Origin: Torpedo marmorata
Lineage: Eukaryota
Direction: 5' to 3'
Length of the DNA stretch: 64,000 nucleotides
NCBI GenBank assembly: GCA_977017645.1
Contig: OZ360232.1
Span: 82,522,001 to 82,586,000 of the forward strand
Shown here: one piece after another, positions 10,533 through 23,984 of the stretch
How the letters are laid out: the number at the start of each line of letters is the position of its first letter
How positions within the stretch are numbered: the stretch's first letter is position 1
Made by a program: the position numbers and the translations under genes
Notes under the pieces: model-generated
Seen by the model: the letters and a program-made list of their open reading frames with translations, nothing else
What the model was told of the DNA's origin: nothing
Database searches by the model: none

Positions 10533-13500
10533 ATGGAAGGCGCCCTCCGACCGGACCGACTGGACATCGACCCTTTAGCTCCTGATGCTGGCCATGCATT
10601 CGAACACTGGCTACGCTGCCTCCGATCGTTCTCAAAGGAGGTCAAGGCCGAAAGCGACGAGCAGAAACTAGAGGTCCTAGTATCTAGGGTAAGCCCTCGG
10701 TTGTATTCAACCATCTGGAAATGTGGGACATACGACGAGGCGATGGAGGCACTGAGAAAGATCTATGTGACCCCCGTTAATTAGGTCTACGTGAGGTATA
10801 GACTATCGTTACGAAAACAGCGGGCCGGGGAGTCAATAGTGGACTTTGTCAGGGACATCCAGTCCCTAGTGCGAGCGTGCGCCTGTAAAGCGCTGACTAA
10901 AGAACAACATGTTGATCTGCTGGAGAGGGACACCTTTATTATGGGGATGAGGTCAGTATACGTACGCCAGCGACTGCTGGAGCACTCTGACCTCGATCTC
11001 CGTTCTGCGGTGGCGATGGCTCGCACGCAGGAGTCCGCGCTGCAGAACTCTGACGCGATGCAGACGCGGGACCCCCAGGCTAGTGCGTGGATCGCCCCGT
11101 TCCCCAGCCCCACTGATCCAACTGTGGCCGCTGTGGCCCGCGACCCGATTGCTGCCGCCGCTACCCGCGACCCGACCGCTACCGACGCTACTCTCACCGC
11201 CGCAGCTGTTAATCGCGAGCCCGAGAAGTGCTACTTCTGCGGGCTCGACAAGCATACGAGGAAACGCTGCCCGGCCCGCGACGCGACTTGTTCCAACTGC
11301 GGCAAGAAAGGCCACTTCGCGAAGGCCTGCCGCTCCAAGCCGCGCGCGGGCCCGAGTAGTGCCGCGTGCAAGAGATGGGAGTGGCCATCTTGCAGACTGG
11401 CACTTCCGGCGCCGACCGTGTGTGAGGAGTGGAAGCGGCCATCTTTCATGCTGGCACTTCCGGCGCTGCCATCTCAGAGCCGTACCTCGTTACTTCCTGC
11501 ACTTCCGGCGCCGCCATTTTGTACAGAGACCTCCAGCGACACGTGCAACCCACGGGAGCGGCCATTTTTAAAGACCTCGGACCAAGACGACTTCACCCCA
11601 ACTTTGGCATCCATCACCCTCGACCAGAACGTTCCCCACCAGCTGACAAGATCCATGATGGACATACTGATCGAGGGACACAAGATAACGTGTTTATTCG
11701 ACACTGGCAGCACTGAGAGCCTTATCCACCCGGATACTGTTCAACGCTGTGGCCTAACGATCGTACCGGTAAGCCAGAGGGTGGCCATGGCGTCGGGGTC
11801 CCACACAACAGACATCCGGGGGGCATGTGTGGCGAACATTGTGGTACAAGGGACTGAGTACCGGCAATTTTCCTTGTTTGTCATGAACCGTTTGTGTGCG
11901 CCGGTGTTACTGGGTTTGGATTTTCAAAGCCATTTGCAGAGCGTTACAATGGGGTATGACGGTCCTCTCCCCGCGATCACTGTAGCCAACCACCAGTTTC
12001 TGGATAGCACGCCCGCAACCACCTGTGGTCTCTCCACCCTTAAGATCTCGCCTCCGTTGTTGTTTGCGAACCTGACCCCGGACTGTAGGCCTGTGGCAAC
12101 TAAAAGCAGGCGTTACAGTGCCGAGGACAGAGCATTTATCAAGACGGAGGTACAGAGATTGCTTCAGGAAGGGATTATAGAGAAGAGTAATAGTCCCTGG
12201 AGAGCCCAGGTGGTTGTTGTAAAAGGGGCCAAGAGCAGAATGGTGGTGGACTACAGCCAAACCATTAACAGGTTTACGCTACTAGACGCATACCCGCTAC
12301 CACGGATAGCGGAGATGGTGAACCAAATTGCCCAATTCCGTCTCTTTTCCACCATCGACTTGAAATCGGCATATCACCAGCTCCCTATCCGTCGGGAGGA
12401 CCGTTCATACACCGCGTTCGAGGCAGATGGCAGGCTGTTCCAATTCCTGCGCCTTCCGTTTGGTGTTACTAATGGTGTTTCTGTTTTTCAGCGGGAGATG
12501 GACAGGATTGTGGACCATTACAAACTTAAAGCCACTTTCCCATATCTTGACGACATTACCATCTGTGGTTATGATCGTCAGGACCATGACAACAACCTCC
12601 GGAGGTTCCTGCAGGCGGCCAAAGCTCTAAACCTCACGTATAACAAAGAAAAATGCGTGTTTGGTACCACTCGCCTCGCTATTTTGGGGTATGTGGTCGA
12701 GAACGGGGTAATTAGACCAGACCCCGAACGCATGCGGCCCCTGCTGGAACTTCCGCTCCCCACCAATCCCAGAGCCCTTAAACGATGCCTCGGGTTCTTT
12801 TCCTATTATGCCCAATGGGTCCCAAATTATGCGGATAAGGCCCGACCCCTTGTGAAATCCACTGCATTTCCCCTTGCTTCGGAGGCACGTAAGGCGTTCG
12901 ACCTTATAAAAGGGGACATTGCGCGAGCAACAATGCACGCAGTGGATGAGAAGACACCTTTCCAGGTGGAGAGTGACGCATCGGACTTCGCGCTGGCTGC
13001 TACCCTCAACCAGGCGGGAAGGCCGGTGGCATTTTTCTCTCGAACCCTTCAGGGCCCCGAAATTCGGCACTCAGCGGTGGAGAAGGAAGCCCAGGCCATA
13101 GTGGAGGCCATCAGGCATTGGAGGCACTATCTCGCCGGTAAGCATTTTACCCTGCTGACAGATCAACGCTCTGTGGCATTCATGTTCAACAATCAGCAGC
13201 GGGGTAAGATCAAAAACGACAAGATCATGAGGTGGAGAATAGAGCTCTCCACCTACAATTACGACATCATGTACCGGCCCGGGAAGCCCAATGAGCCCTC
13301 CGATGCTCTATCCCGGGGATCATGCGCCAGCGCGCAGGTCGACCGATTACACGCCCTACATGACGACCTATGCCACCCAGGAATTACCAGGCTCTTTCAC
13401 TTCGTGAAGTCACAGAACCTGCCATACTCCCTGGAAGAGGTCAGGACAATGATCAGCAGTTGCCGGGTTTGCGCAGAGTGCAAACCCCAGTTCTACCGCC

Positions 13501-14440
13501 CCGACAAGGCACAGCTGATCAAAGCCACTTGCCCCTTTGAACGTCTCAGCATTGACTTCAAGGGCCCCCTTCCCTCCACGAACCGCAATGTGTACTTTCT
13601 GAACATTATTGACGAGTACTCGCGGTTCCCCTTCGCCATTCCCTGCCCCAACACTTCGGCTGCCTCAACCATAAAAGCTCTTCGCCAGGTATTTACGCTG
13701 TTCGGCTTCCCGAACTACATTCATAGCGACCGGGGATCAGCTTTTATGAGTCAGGATCTGCGCCAGTTCCTGCTGACCCGGGGCATCGCCACTAGTAGGA
13801 CCACCGCATAGGTGGAAAGGGAGAACGCCACTGTCTGGAAGGCGGCGCTCCTGGCTCTCAAGTCCAGGGGACTGCCGGTTTCCCGCTGGCAAGATGTTCT
13901 CCCCGAAGCCCTCCATTCGATACGGTCCTTACTGTGCACAGCCACCAATGTAACGCCTCATGAGAGATTTTTCTCCTTCTCCAGGAGGTCGAACACCGGA
14001 ACCGCCCTGCCTGCCTGGCTGACGTCTCCGGGGCCGGTGCTGCTCCGCAACCACCTCCGGAGCAGCAAATATGAGCCCGCGGTCCAGAGGATGCTAACCC
14101 GCAGTACGCCTACGTGGTCTTCCCGGATGGGAGAGAGGACACGGTCTCAATTCGGGACCTGGCGCCCGCGGGAGCTCCGGAGGAACCTCTCGACGGGCAA
14201 GACCACTCGCTGCGGCCCCCCCCATTCCCTCTTCTACAACGTCAGACCAGGCACCCTCGATGGAACCCACAATCCTGCCATCTCACCCAGCACCACAGGA
14301 GGAGGCGACGGTCTTGCCATCTTCCCCTGCACCACAACCCGCACCCAGGGTACCCCCTGCACCACAACCCGGACCCAGGGTACTGCGCAGGTCACAAAGG
14401 CGAGCCAAACCACCGGATCGCCTTGACCTGTAGATTATGA
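10533..14440 (+). pseudogene. gag-pol polyprotein (Gag, two CCHC knuckles, protease, RT, RNase H, integrase) with three lesions
   Basis: Motifs CYFCGLDKH..KRC, CSNCGKKGHFAKAC, LFDTGS, YLDD, DASDF, HDDLCH...CRVC, DFKGP, HSDRG and VERE. There is an in-frame TAG at 10782-10784, a deletion creating TAG at 13809-13811, and a frameshift near 14090. Confidence 0.93.
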
Positions 14441-14519
14441 CTGTAAATATTTTGAATTCCTGTAGCGATTGTATTGTGGCCACTTCACCCCGCTGGACTC
14501 TTTTAAAAGGAGGGGTGAA

Positions 14520-14763
14520 TGTGGTAAACCACTGTTTGTGTATTGTATGTACTGCTGTCTGTCCCGGCGACTCCTCTCCCCTCCTTTGGGTGTCCAGGTA
14601 ATCCCTCCCCTTTTCTCACCTGAATAAAGGCCTGTGTGCCACTGCTCCGCCCACAGTCCGGGAGAGATCTGCAGGTCTACTGTTGGTCTGTTTTATGTGT
14701 ATTAAAGCCTATGGTTCGTTAACCCACTCATAGTCTCTTGAGTGCTAATTGATAGGCATATCA
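14520..14763 (+). repeat. 3' LTR
   Basis: Direct repeat of 10266-10509, preceded by the polypurine tract. Confidence 0.97.
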
Positions 14764-15235
14764 AGGACCCTACAGGACAGTGACTACGGCAGCAGACCAG
14801 CAAGGGGCTCAGCGGCTGAAGGATCAACTCAGACTGCAGGCGGTCAGCGACTTGTGGTCGAGGGACACACGGAACAGGAATTCATGAGGGTGCTGAGGGC
14901 AAGAAAGGTTCCCGAAGGGCCTCAGGTGCTGAAGGCTTCTTGATTCTGTCGGAGCTTTGTAACTGGAGCTTCGGTTGCTGATGAGTCGAACAGAGGTCTG
15001 TGTGTTTGCAGAGGATGCAAGAGCACTGGAGGCGAATCCACGGACACTCCGTGTCTCTGAGGGGACTCACTTTAGCTACTCTTTCTCTCATACTGTAAGG
15101 GGCGGCAGGCAATACTAATGGTGACTCTTTGTCTGTCTTACAGCAGCCAGAAGGAAACGTTGTGTAATATTACATTTTCTGTATTATTACATGACCATAG
15201 AGGAATCCTGATTCAAAGTGATGATTTTATTTTGG

Positions 15236-18200
15236 GTCAAGAACTTCAAATTCCTGGGTGTCAACATCTTCGAGGATCTGTCCTGGAGCATCCACATTGA
15301 TGCAATCACAAAGAAGGCTCGTCAGCAGCTATACTTTGTGAGGTGTCTGCAGAGATTCGGTATGTCACCGAAGACTCTCGTAAACTTCTACAGGTGTACC
15401 GTGGAGAGCATTCTGGCTGGTTGCATCACTGTCTGGTATGGGGGCGCCAACTCCCAGGACAAGAGTAAACACCAGAGGGTTGTTAACTCGGCCTGTGACA
15501 TCACAGGCACCAAACTTTAAAAAAAAATATTTTATTTAAAATTTTTAAATCACAAAATACATAAAATAAAATATAAAATTATCAAGTTATTTGTGATACA
15601 TTTTCACCCCCCCCTCCCCTCCCCAACCCTCCCAACCCCATTAATCTAATAAAAATAAAAATATAAAATAAAAATAGAAAAAGAAGAAGAAAAAGAAAGA
15701 AAAAGGTAGAATAAGGAGAATGCCAATCTATAAACTAATTCTATTATGGAGGTTAGGTAGCCAGTAGATCCAATATCCAGAGATCTTCAAATCCTTAAGC
15801 CAACAGCTTTCATATATGGGCTCCATATTTTTAAAAAGAAATGATATTTATTCCGTAAGTTATAAGTAATTTTTTCAAGTGGTATACACGAACGAAGTTC
15901 TGCATGCCATCTTTCTAATCCTAAATCTAAATCAGATTTCCAAGTAATAGCAATGCATTTCTTTGAAACAGTTAAAACAATTCGCAAAAATTCTATTTGA
16001 TACATATTTAATTTCATCTTGATACTAAATTTTCTAATATCTCCAAACAAAAATATCATAGGATCCATTGGAAATGTAATCTTAAATACTTTCTCTAAAA
16101 AATGTTTAACTTTCAACCAAAAATCATAAACTTTTGGACAAAACCATGCAGAGTGTACAAAAGATCCTTCCTCTTTATTACATCTAAAACATAAACCTGA
16201 TAATATCGGATTAAATTTCTTTAATTTTTTAGGTGTTAAATATAATTGATGAAAAAAATTGTATTATACTAATCTATATCTACCATTAATAATCTTCGTC
16301 ATACTTAATTTACATAATTCTTTCCAATGATTTTCATCTATTCTTACATTCAAATCTAATTCCCATTTTACTCTTGATTTATGAATTCCTACTTTAGGCA
16401 TTTTCCTCTGAAATAATTTATACATTTGATAAATAAATTTATTTACATCTCCTTTAGTAACTAATAATTCTAATTCATTCTGTCTTGGTAAAATCAAAGC
16501 ATAACCTAATTTCTCAATCAAAAAAGCTCTAATTTGATAATAAGCAAAAAGTGTATTATCTAATATATTAAATTTATCTTTCATTCTTTGAAAAGTAATA
16601 AATTTCCCAGCTTCAAAACAATCATTAATCTTCTTAATTCCTTTTTGAAACCAAATTTTAAATAATTGATTATTAATAGTAAATGGAATAAGTCCATTTT
16701 GATATAAAGGCATCCTTGAAGAAATCAATCCTTTTCCTCCTATTTCCTTATCCGTCTTATTCCATATTTCTAACAAATGTTTAAAAATAGGTGAATTTTT
16801 CTTTCTTGTTGATATTAATTTAGAATCCCATTTATAACGAACTTCTTCTTTGGAATCTTCTCCTATATTATTTAATTCTATTTTAATCCAAGCAGAAGAT
16901 TTAGTTGAATCAAAAAATTCATTAACAAATTTTAGTTGAGCTGCTTTATAATAATTTTGGAAATTAGGAAGTGTAAACCACCCATTTCATAATTCCAAGT
17001 TAATTTTTCCATACCTACTCTTGCTAACTTTCCTTTCCATAAAAATTTTCTAATAATTGAATTTAAATCTTTAAACATTTTTGAGGAATTTCATAAGGAA
17101 TTGATTGAAAAAGATATTGAATTCTTGGAAAAACATTCATTTTGATACAATTTACTCTTCCCATTAAAGTTATAGGTAAATCTTTCCAATTTTCTAAATC
17201 TTTCTTTATTTTCACAAATAATGGTAAATAATTTAATTTGTATAAATTAGCCAATTTTGTGTCAACCCTTATTCCCAAATATTTAATTCCTTCCTCTGCC
17301 CATTTAAATTGTGTAATGTCTTTACATCTACTATAATCCCCTTGTGATAATGCCATAATTTCACTTTTATCAGAATTAATTTTATATCCAGATAATTCCC
17401 CATATTCTCTCAATAACACAGACAATTGTACTAAGGATGTAATAGATTTTGTCATATATATCAATACATCATCTGCAAACAAACTAATTTTATGTTCTTC
17501 CATTCCAACTTTAATACCAACTATTTTAGGATCTTTTCTAACTAATTCTGCCAAAAGTTCTATCGCCAAAATAAATAATGCTGGTGACAAAGGACATCCC
17601 TGTCTAGTAGATCGAGTCAAAGGAAATTTTGAAGAAATTTGTCCATTTGTAACTACTTTAGCAGATGGTTCTTTATCCAATTAATAAATATATTTTCAAA
17701 ACCAAATTTCTCCAATACCTTAAATAAAAGGTTCCACTCTAATCTATCAAAAGCCTTTTCAGCGTCCAAAGTTAAAACTAATGGTAAATCTTCCTTCTTT
17801 TTATGTAAATTAATTAAACTAATCAATCTAGCTATATTATCTTTTGAATATCTATTTTTAATAAAACCAGCTTGATCTACATGAATTAAATCTGGTAAAT
17901 AATTAGCCATTCTATTTGCTAAAATTTTTACAGGCACCAAACTTAACTCCGTCGAGGACATCTACATGAGACGGTGTCTTAAAAAAGCAGCCTCTATCCT
18001 CAAAGACCCCCACCACCCAGGCCATGCCCTCTTCACTCTGCTTCCATCGGGGAAAAGGTACAGGAGCCTAAAGACGAGCACTCAACGGCACAAGGACAGC
18101 TTCTTCCCCGCTGCCATCAGATTCCTGAATAAACAATGAACCAAAGACGCTGCCTTACTTTTCGTGCACTATTGTTTTTAATTTTTTATAGTAATGTCGT

Positions 18201-18298
18201 AAGATGGTTAATATGAATGTTAATTGCACTATGATGCTGCCGCAAAACACCGAATTTCATGACTTGTTCATGACAATAAATTCTGATTCTGATTCTGA
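15236..18298 (+). mobile_element. 5'-truncated Rex1-type LINE (subfamily B), split by an L1 insertion
   Basis: [11 protein letters not shown]...ACDITGTKL resumes at 17930 with SVEDIYMRRC...AIRFLN. It ends in a (TTCTGA)n tail and is nearly identical to 49775-50410. Confidence 0.93.
15518..17929 (-). mobile_element. 5'-truncated AT-rich L1-clade LINE
   Basis: Motifs DAEKAFDRLEW, RQGCPLSP and LFADD plus a C-terminal CCHC region. Flanked by a 15-bp TSD ACAGGCACCAAACTT (15503-15517 and 17930-17944). Confidence 0.95.
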
Positions 18299-20019
18299 CC
18301 TCTTACTGTAAGCTACATCAATACTAGTCCTTGTGTCACTGCAACAGAACATGTTGAAAAATCCTTTCTTCACATGTTGAGCAGCAGAGGAAGAAATTAT
18401 AACTTCAATTAGGCTGAATGATACCATTGGGTACATCTGGAATGAACTTACTGATGCATCTGCAGCTCCTGGCAAACTCACCTGGCAAAGAACATAAGGC
18501 ACTGATTGAACAGATTTCAAATCAGCAGGAAATAAGTTATTGAGCTGCACCATCTGCTACAAAGACTCACTTGGCCAACTCGCAACACAGGGTTGGCACT
18601 GTCTGTAGCAGGCAAGGTTAACTTCCTTCCCTTTACCTTCTTCCAGTCTTGTATCAGCCAGGATATTCTAATTGCACCGTCCTCTGACATTTCTGCAGAG
18701 TATCACTTACACCGTGTGGTATGGTGCCTTTGCCTGCCTACCCATGCATACAATCAGCTGGTAATTGAATTACTGCCTACTGTGCAAAAGGAATTTAATA
18801 AGTGAAAGGTGACCATAATTCCTCATTCTATGCTGATGCACCTTCACATGAGATTTATTGATGACAGAAACCTTAATGTGTCAGCTGACACTACAATATA
18901 CATCCCTTTGTTTTAGTGCCTATGAATTGAGTTCCCACTGTTCTGAACTGTTTTGGGGGGGAATCTGCTGATGATCTGATGAGATTCTACTTCTGTTGAC
19001 GTACAGGTCCTCATTCCTGAACTACAGCCTTTGCCATTCAGTGGTCCACATGCTGACATCTGAAACTGACTGACATTGTCACCCATTCTTGAGGAAATTG
19101 CTCTCCTGGCTGAGATGCCTCACTTTTAAGATAAAATCCCATAGATTCCTTGGGAGCCAGGCCAAGTTGGCAAATTTGATCCAAATTTGCCTTGGTAATA
19201 GGAGGCAGAGTGTGATGGTGAAGGTAGATTTTGTGATTGGAAGACTGTGACCAATAGTGTACCATGGTGATTGGCACTAGGACCCCTTCAGTTTATCGTA
19301 TAAAATAATGATTTAGCTACCGATGACGGAGGCATGAAGAATAAATTTGCCAATGACATAAAAGTTGGAGGTTAGGTTAGAGTTGAAGGGAATGTGAAGA
19401 GAATAAAATGGAATTAGAACTATGACTCCAGCTATTCACAATCTATATCAATGCAAAAATCGGGTGTAATTTATATTGAAAAAGCAGAAAATGCTGGAAA
19501 TACTCTGCAGGTCAGGCATCAAATTTGGAGGGAGAAATCGAGAGAATACTTCAGCTTAAACATCTTTCAACAGAGTTTGGTGATGGTGCAAAGCGAGGTG
19601 GCAGTGTGTGCTGTGAGGATTATGCAGAGCGACTTTGGAGAATATAGGCATGTTAGGTGAATAGCTAAAGACACAAACGATGGGATATGATTTGAAAAAT
19701 ATAAGGTCTAACACTGTTAGAAAATATAGAAGGATGAGGTTCTTTTTAATGACGAGAAATAGTTGATGTTCAGAGGGAACCATTGTCTTGGCCTGGCTTG
19801 GTTCTCCTTGTACATGATTAGTTGTCTGTGTCATTTCTGTCTTGCAGTCAAACCTCTGGTTTCCTCCCACATTCCAAACACATACAATCTAGTAGATTAA
19901 ATAACCACTGTGATGTGTCTCTCGTGTGGTGAGTGATAGCATTAGGGCCAGGGGGTGAAGGTGTTGAGGGAATGCAAGGAGGATAAAATGATATTAGTGT
20001 AGGATTATTGTAAATTGTG

Positions 20020-20575
20020 GAGAAACACAAGAACTGCAATGCTGGAATCACGAACAAACAATGAGAAGCTGGAAAGACTCAGTGAGTTATGCAGCATCCA
20101 TGGGCAGATATGGTCAGTCACCATTTCTGATCAAGACTAAAGTATATCACTCCTTCCTACTTTAGTCTTGATTAAAGGGGGGGAAAAGTTGGGGGGAGGG
20201 GGAATGAAGCTGCGGAGTGGCTAAGAGATGATAGGGTATTGGACAGAAGATGGGAGAGGTGGAGACAAGTGGAGGGAGAGAACAACTTGGAGAGGAAAAG
20301 GTTAGACAGAAAAGTAAGAAAGGGGGTAGGTAAAGAAGAGATGGCAATAATGGAACCAGATAGAGGTGGGGTTTCCCTAAAATTATAAAATATATGTTCA
20401 TAACATTGGGGTTAAGGCTGTCCAAGAGGAATATGATGTGTTGTTCCTTCAGTTTACATTTAGCTTCATCCTGGCAATGGATGAGGCCGAGGACAGACAT
20501 GCCTGTGTAGGAATGGTAAGGGGAAATAAAAGGGCTGAGACAGAGCACAGGCACTCAGCAAAGCATTTGCCCAAT
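20020..20575 (-). mobile_element. Old Penelope-like 3' fragment
   Basis: Translation MSVLGLIHCQDEAKCKLKEQHIIFLLDSLNPNVMNI is homologous to the PLE C-terminus at 21770-21997, followed by the same terminal motif. Confidence 0.75.
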
Positions 20576-21542
20576 CTTCTAGCCCCTGCCTGGCTGTCTA
20601 TAACTGGATATTGCAGTCTCAAAATAAGTGGTTGGTCAGACAAAACAGAGATAAGAAGAGAATTGTTCATCCAGACTGTTGGCATTCTCTACCCAGGAGT
20701 GTAATAGAGGCTCCGTTATTAAGTATATTCAAGATAGAGATCACAGAATCATAGTTTTATACAGCATGGAAGCAGGTCCCTCAGCTCAACAAAGAGCAAA
20801 GCATTTTTTCAAAATTAAAGAAACAGAGGGATACGGGGTTAATTGCTGGAAAGTTGTGCCATGGTTAAGGTCAGCCATGATCTTTCTGATGATGAGATTT
20901 TACATAGGTACAATATACAGATGCAATGAAATTACTGCTTGCTGCAGTTACACAAATACATAAAACACACTGACAAATAATAAATGGAGATTAAATTAAC
21001 TCAGCGTGTCACAAAAGAGAAAACAAGATAATACATATTCACTTTCTAGTTATGCAAAAACTGAATGGTGGGACAGAAGGGAGGGACTAAATGTTCTATT
21101 TCCACTTCTGCTCCTCATGTAACCCCACCTTATCCCTTTCCAGGTGAGAGTTAAAATGGGGCTGTGACTCTAAAATCTTTTTGGCAATATCTATGTTAGC
21201 CTCCTCTGACGTGATAATTTGACGCAATAATCTCAGAACTTTACAACGTAGCTTCGACCAGCCATTCTCAACGGGGGCCGCTGAGGGTAACAGCACATTT
21301 AAGTAAAAGCCTTGTTTTCCTTTCACCTCATGTAACAAATATTTTTTAATATTTTTTTTATGTAGTCGGTCAAAGTATGGAAGAAACCAAAACTTGACTG
21401 CATCACAGGGAAGGGAGTCCTTAAGCTTTGAAAAGTAAAACACGAAAATCTGTAGACACCGTGGTTGAAGTAAAAAACACAAATGCTGGAGAAACTCAGC
21501 AGGTCAAACAGTGTATTTTATGTAGCAAAGGTAGAAATACAT

Positions 21543-21580
21543 AACCGACGTTTCGGGCTTGAGCCCTTCATCATTGTATG
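21543..21580 (-). ncRNA. Minimal hammerhead ribozyme motif in the PLE 3' region (core slightly mutated)
   Basis: Minus strand aTGATGA-aGGGCTcaAGCCC-GAAAcgtcg gives the core boxes around stem II; the first core base is A rather than C. Confidence 0.65.
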
Positions 21581-23984
21581 AGAAAATGCCAGCAGGCGTC
21601 CGAACAAAAGAGTGAGGGGGGTGAAGGGGGGTGGCAAAGGCAGGAGATGATAGGTGGAGAAAGGAGGGAGGGGACAGCAGCAAAGAGGGGGAGGAGGGAT
21701 GCTGGGTGAGTGGAAAAACAGGAAGGACAGTTGAGGGGGGAGGGGGGGGGAAGGAAAAGACAAGCAGGTTTAGTGGAAAGCAGAAAAGTCAATGTTAATG
21801 CCATCTGGCTGGAGAGTGCCCAGACGGAAAATGAGATGTTGTTCCTCCAATTTGCGGGTAGTCTGGGTGGGATAGTACATAAGGCCATGGACAGACATGT
21901 GAGTGTGGGAGTGTGACTCGGATTTGAAATGGTTGGCTACTGGGAGATCGCTGTTGTTGCGGACGAAGAGGAGGTGCTCAGCAAAGCGATCTCCCAATCA
22001 ACGACATACCTCTCCAATGTAGAGAAGGCCACAAAGGGAGCACCGGATGCAGTAAATAAGTTCTCTGGATGTACAAGTGAAGAGTAGTTTCACTTGAAAG
22101 GCCTGTTTGGGGCCCCGGACCGTGGTGAGGGGGGAGGTGTGGGTGCAGGTGTTGCACGTCCTGCGGGCACAGGGGAAGGTTCCGGGGGTGCGATGGGTGG
22201 GGAGGATGAGTGAACGAGTGAATCGCGGAGGGAGCGGTCTCTACAGAAGGCCAAGAGGGGAGGAGAAGGAAAAATGTGTCTGGTGGTGGGATCCTGTAGT
22301 AAGTGCCGGAAATTCCGGTGGATAATGTGTTGGATGCGGAGGCTGGTGGGGTGGTAGGTGAGGATGAGGGGGATTCTATGTTTGTTGCGTCTGGGGGCTG
22401 AGGGGGCCAGGGCAGATGAGTGAGAAATGGAGGAGATGCGGGTGAGAGCTGAGTTGATGGTGGTGGAGGGGAAGCCACGTTTGTGGAAAAAGGAAGACAT
22501 TTGAGAAGATCTGGACTAGAACACCTCATCTTGGGAACAGATGTGGCGGAGATGGAGAAATTGAGAGAAGGGGATGGAATCCTTGCAGGGGACAGGGTGT
22601 GAGGAAGTGTAGTCCAGATAGTTGTGGGTGTTGGAGGGTTTGTAGTAAATATCGGTGGAAAGCTTGTCTCCTGAGATGGAGACAGAGAGATCCAGGAAGG
22701 GGAGAGTGTTATCGGAGATGGACCAGGTGAGTTTGAGATATTGGTGGAAGTTGGATGCGAAGTGGATGAAGTTGACAAGTTCATCGCAGATGCATGAGGC
22801 AGCCCCGATGTAGTCATCGATATAACGGAGGAAGAGATGAGGGGTCTTGCCTGTGTCGGCTTGCAGCATGGATTGCTCCACAAAGCACAAAAACAGGCAG
22901 GCATAGCTGGGATCCATGCGGGTACCCATGGCTACTCCTTTGATTTGGAGGTAGTGGGATGAGTTGAAGGAGAAGTTATTGAGAGTGAGGACAAGTTCTG
23001 CCAGGCGGAGGAGGGTGGTGGTAGAGGGTGACTGGTCGGGTCTTTGGTCCAGGAAGAAGCGAAGTGCTTTCAGACCTTCTGTGTGGGGGATAGAGGTATA
23101 AAGGGATTGGACATCCATGGTGAAGATGATATGGTCCGGTTCAAGGAATCTGAAGTCATTGAGGACATGGAGGACATGTGAGGTGTCGCGGATATAGGTG
23201 GGGAGGGATTGGACCAGGGGAGAAAAGATGGAGTCAAGGTAAGATGAAACTAGTTCGGTGGGGCAGGAGCAGGCAGAACCAATGGGTCTGCCTGGATGGT
23301 TGGGTTTGTGTATCTTGGGTAGAAGGTAGAAACGGGCAGTGCGCAGGTGGGGGAGAATGAGGTTGGTGTCCGTGGAGGGGAGGTGAGCGCAGGTGATGAG
23401 GTCGGAGATGGTGTTGGAGACAGTGGCTTGATGTGCAGTAGTGGGGTCCTGTGGGAGGGGTCGGTAGGAGGGGGTGTCTGAGAGCTGTCGACTGGCCTCG
23501 GTAAGGTAGAGGTCAGTGCACCAGACCACAACCACACCGCCCTTGTCTGCGGGATTGATGGTGAGGTTGGGATTGTTACGGAGAGAGTGGAGGGCAGAGC
23601 GTTCTGAGGAGGTGAGGTTGGAATACGAGAGGGGGGTGGTGAAGTTGAGACGGTTGATGTCTCGGCGGCAGTTGGAAATAAAAAGGTCCAGAGCGTGCAG
23701 CTGGCCAGGACGAGGTGTCCAGGAAGAGGAAGAAGGCTTGAAGCGGGAGAAAGGGTCTTGGGTGGGGGGGTGGAGAGTCACGGTCATGGAAGTGAGCCCG
23801 GAGGCGGAGGCGACAGAAGAAGCGTTCGGCATCGCGGCGTGCGCAGAACTCATTGAGGTGTTGGTGGAGGGGGACGAAGGTGAGGCCTCTGCTGAGGACC
23901 GAGCGCTTCGTTTCAGAGAGGGAAGGTCGGAGGGGATGGTAAAAACCAAGCAGGGGTTAGAGTGGGGATCGGTGTTGTTGAGGG

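Larger units (their letters stand above)
10266..14763 (+). mobile_element. Full-length Gypsy LTR retrotransposon with a single gag-pol frame; recent insertion
   Basis: Two 244-bp LTRs with TG...CA termini, 5-bp TSD AGGAC (10261-10265 and 14764-14768), and PPT AAAAGGAGGGGTGAA before the 3' LTR. Confidence 0.97.
9918..15213 (+). mobile_element. Probable non-autonomous non-coding retroelement of about 800 bp (9918-10265 plus 14769-15213), split by the Gypsy insertion
   Basis: GC-rich non-coding sequence continues across the Gypsy TSD. Its 3' end (GTGACTCTTTGTCTGTCTTACAG...ATTACATGACCAT) resembles the tail of the 5S SINE at about 63110-63200. Boundaries are approximate. Confidence 0.5.

Noticed and set aside
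10782-10784. TAG as a programmed gag-pol readthrough site
   Set aside because: It falls early in gag (codon about 84), not at the gag-pol boundary; a point mutation is more likely.
18470-18560. Minus-strand donor-like CAG|GTGAGT after MVQLNNLFPADLKSVQSVPYVLCQ
   Set aside because: No recognisable homology or partner exon; such motifs arise by chance.
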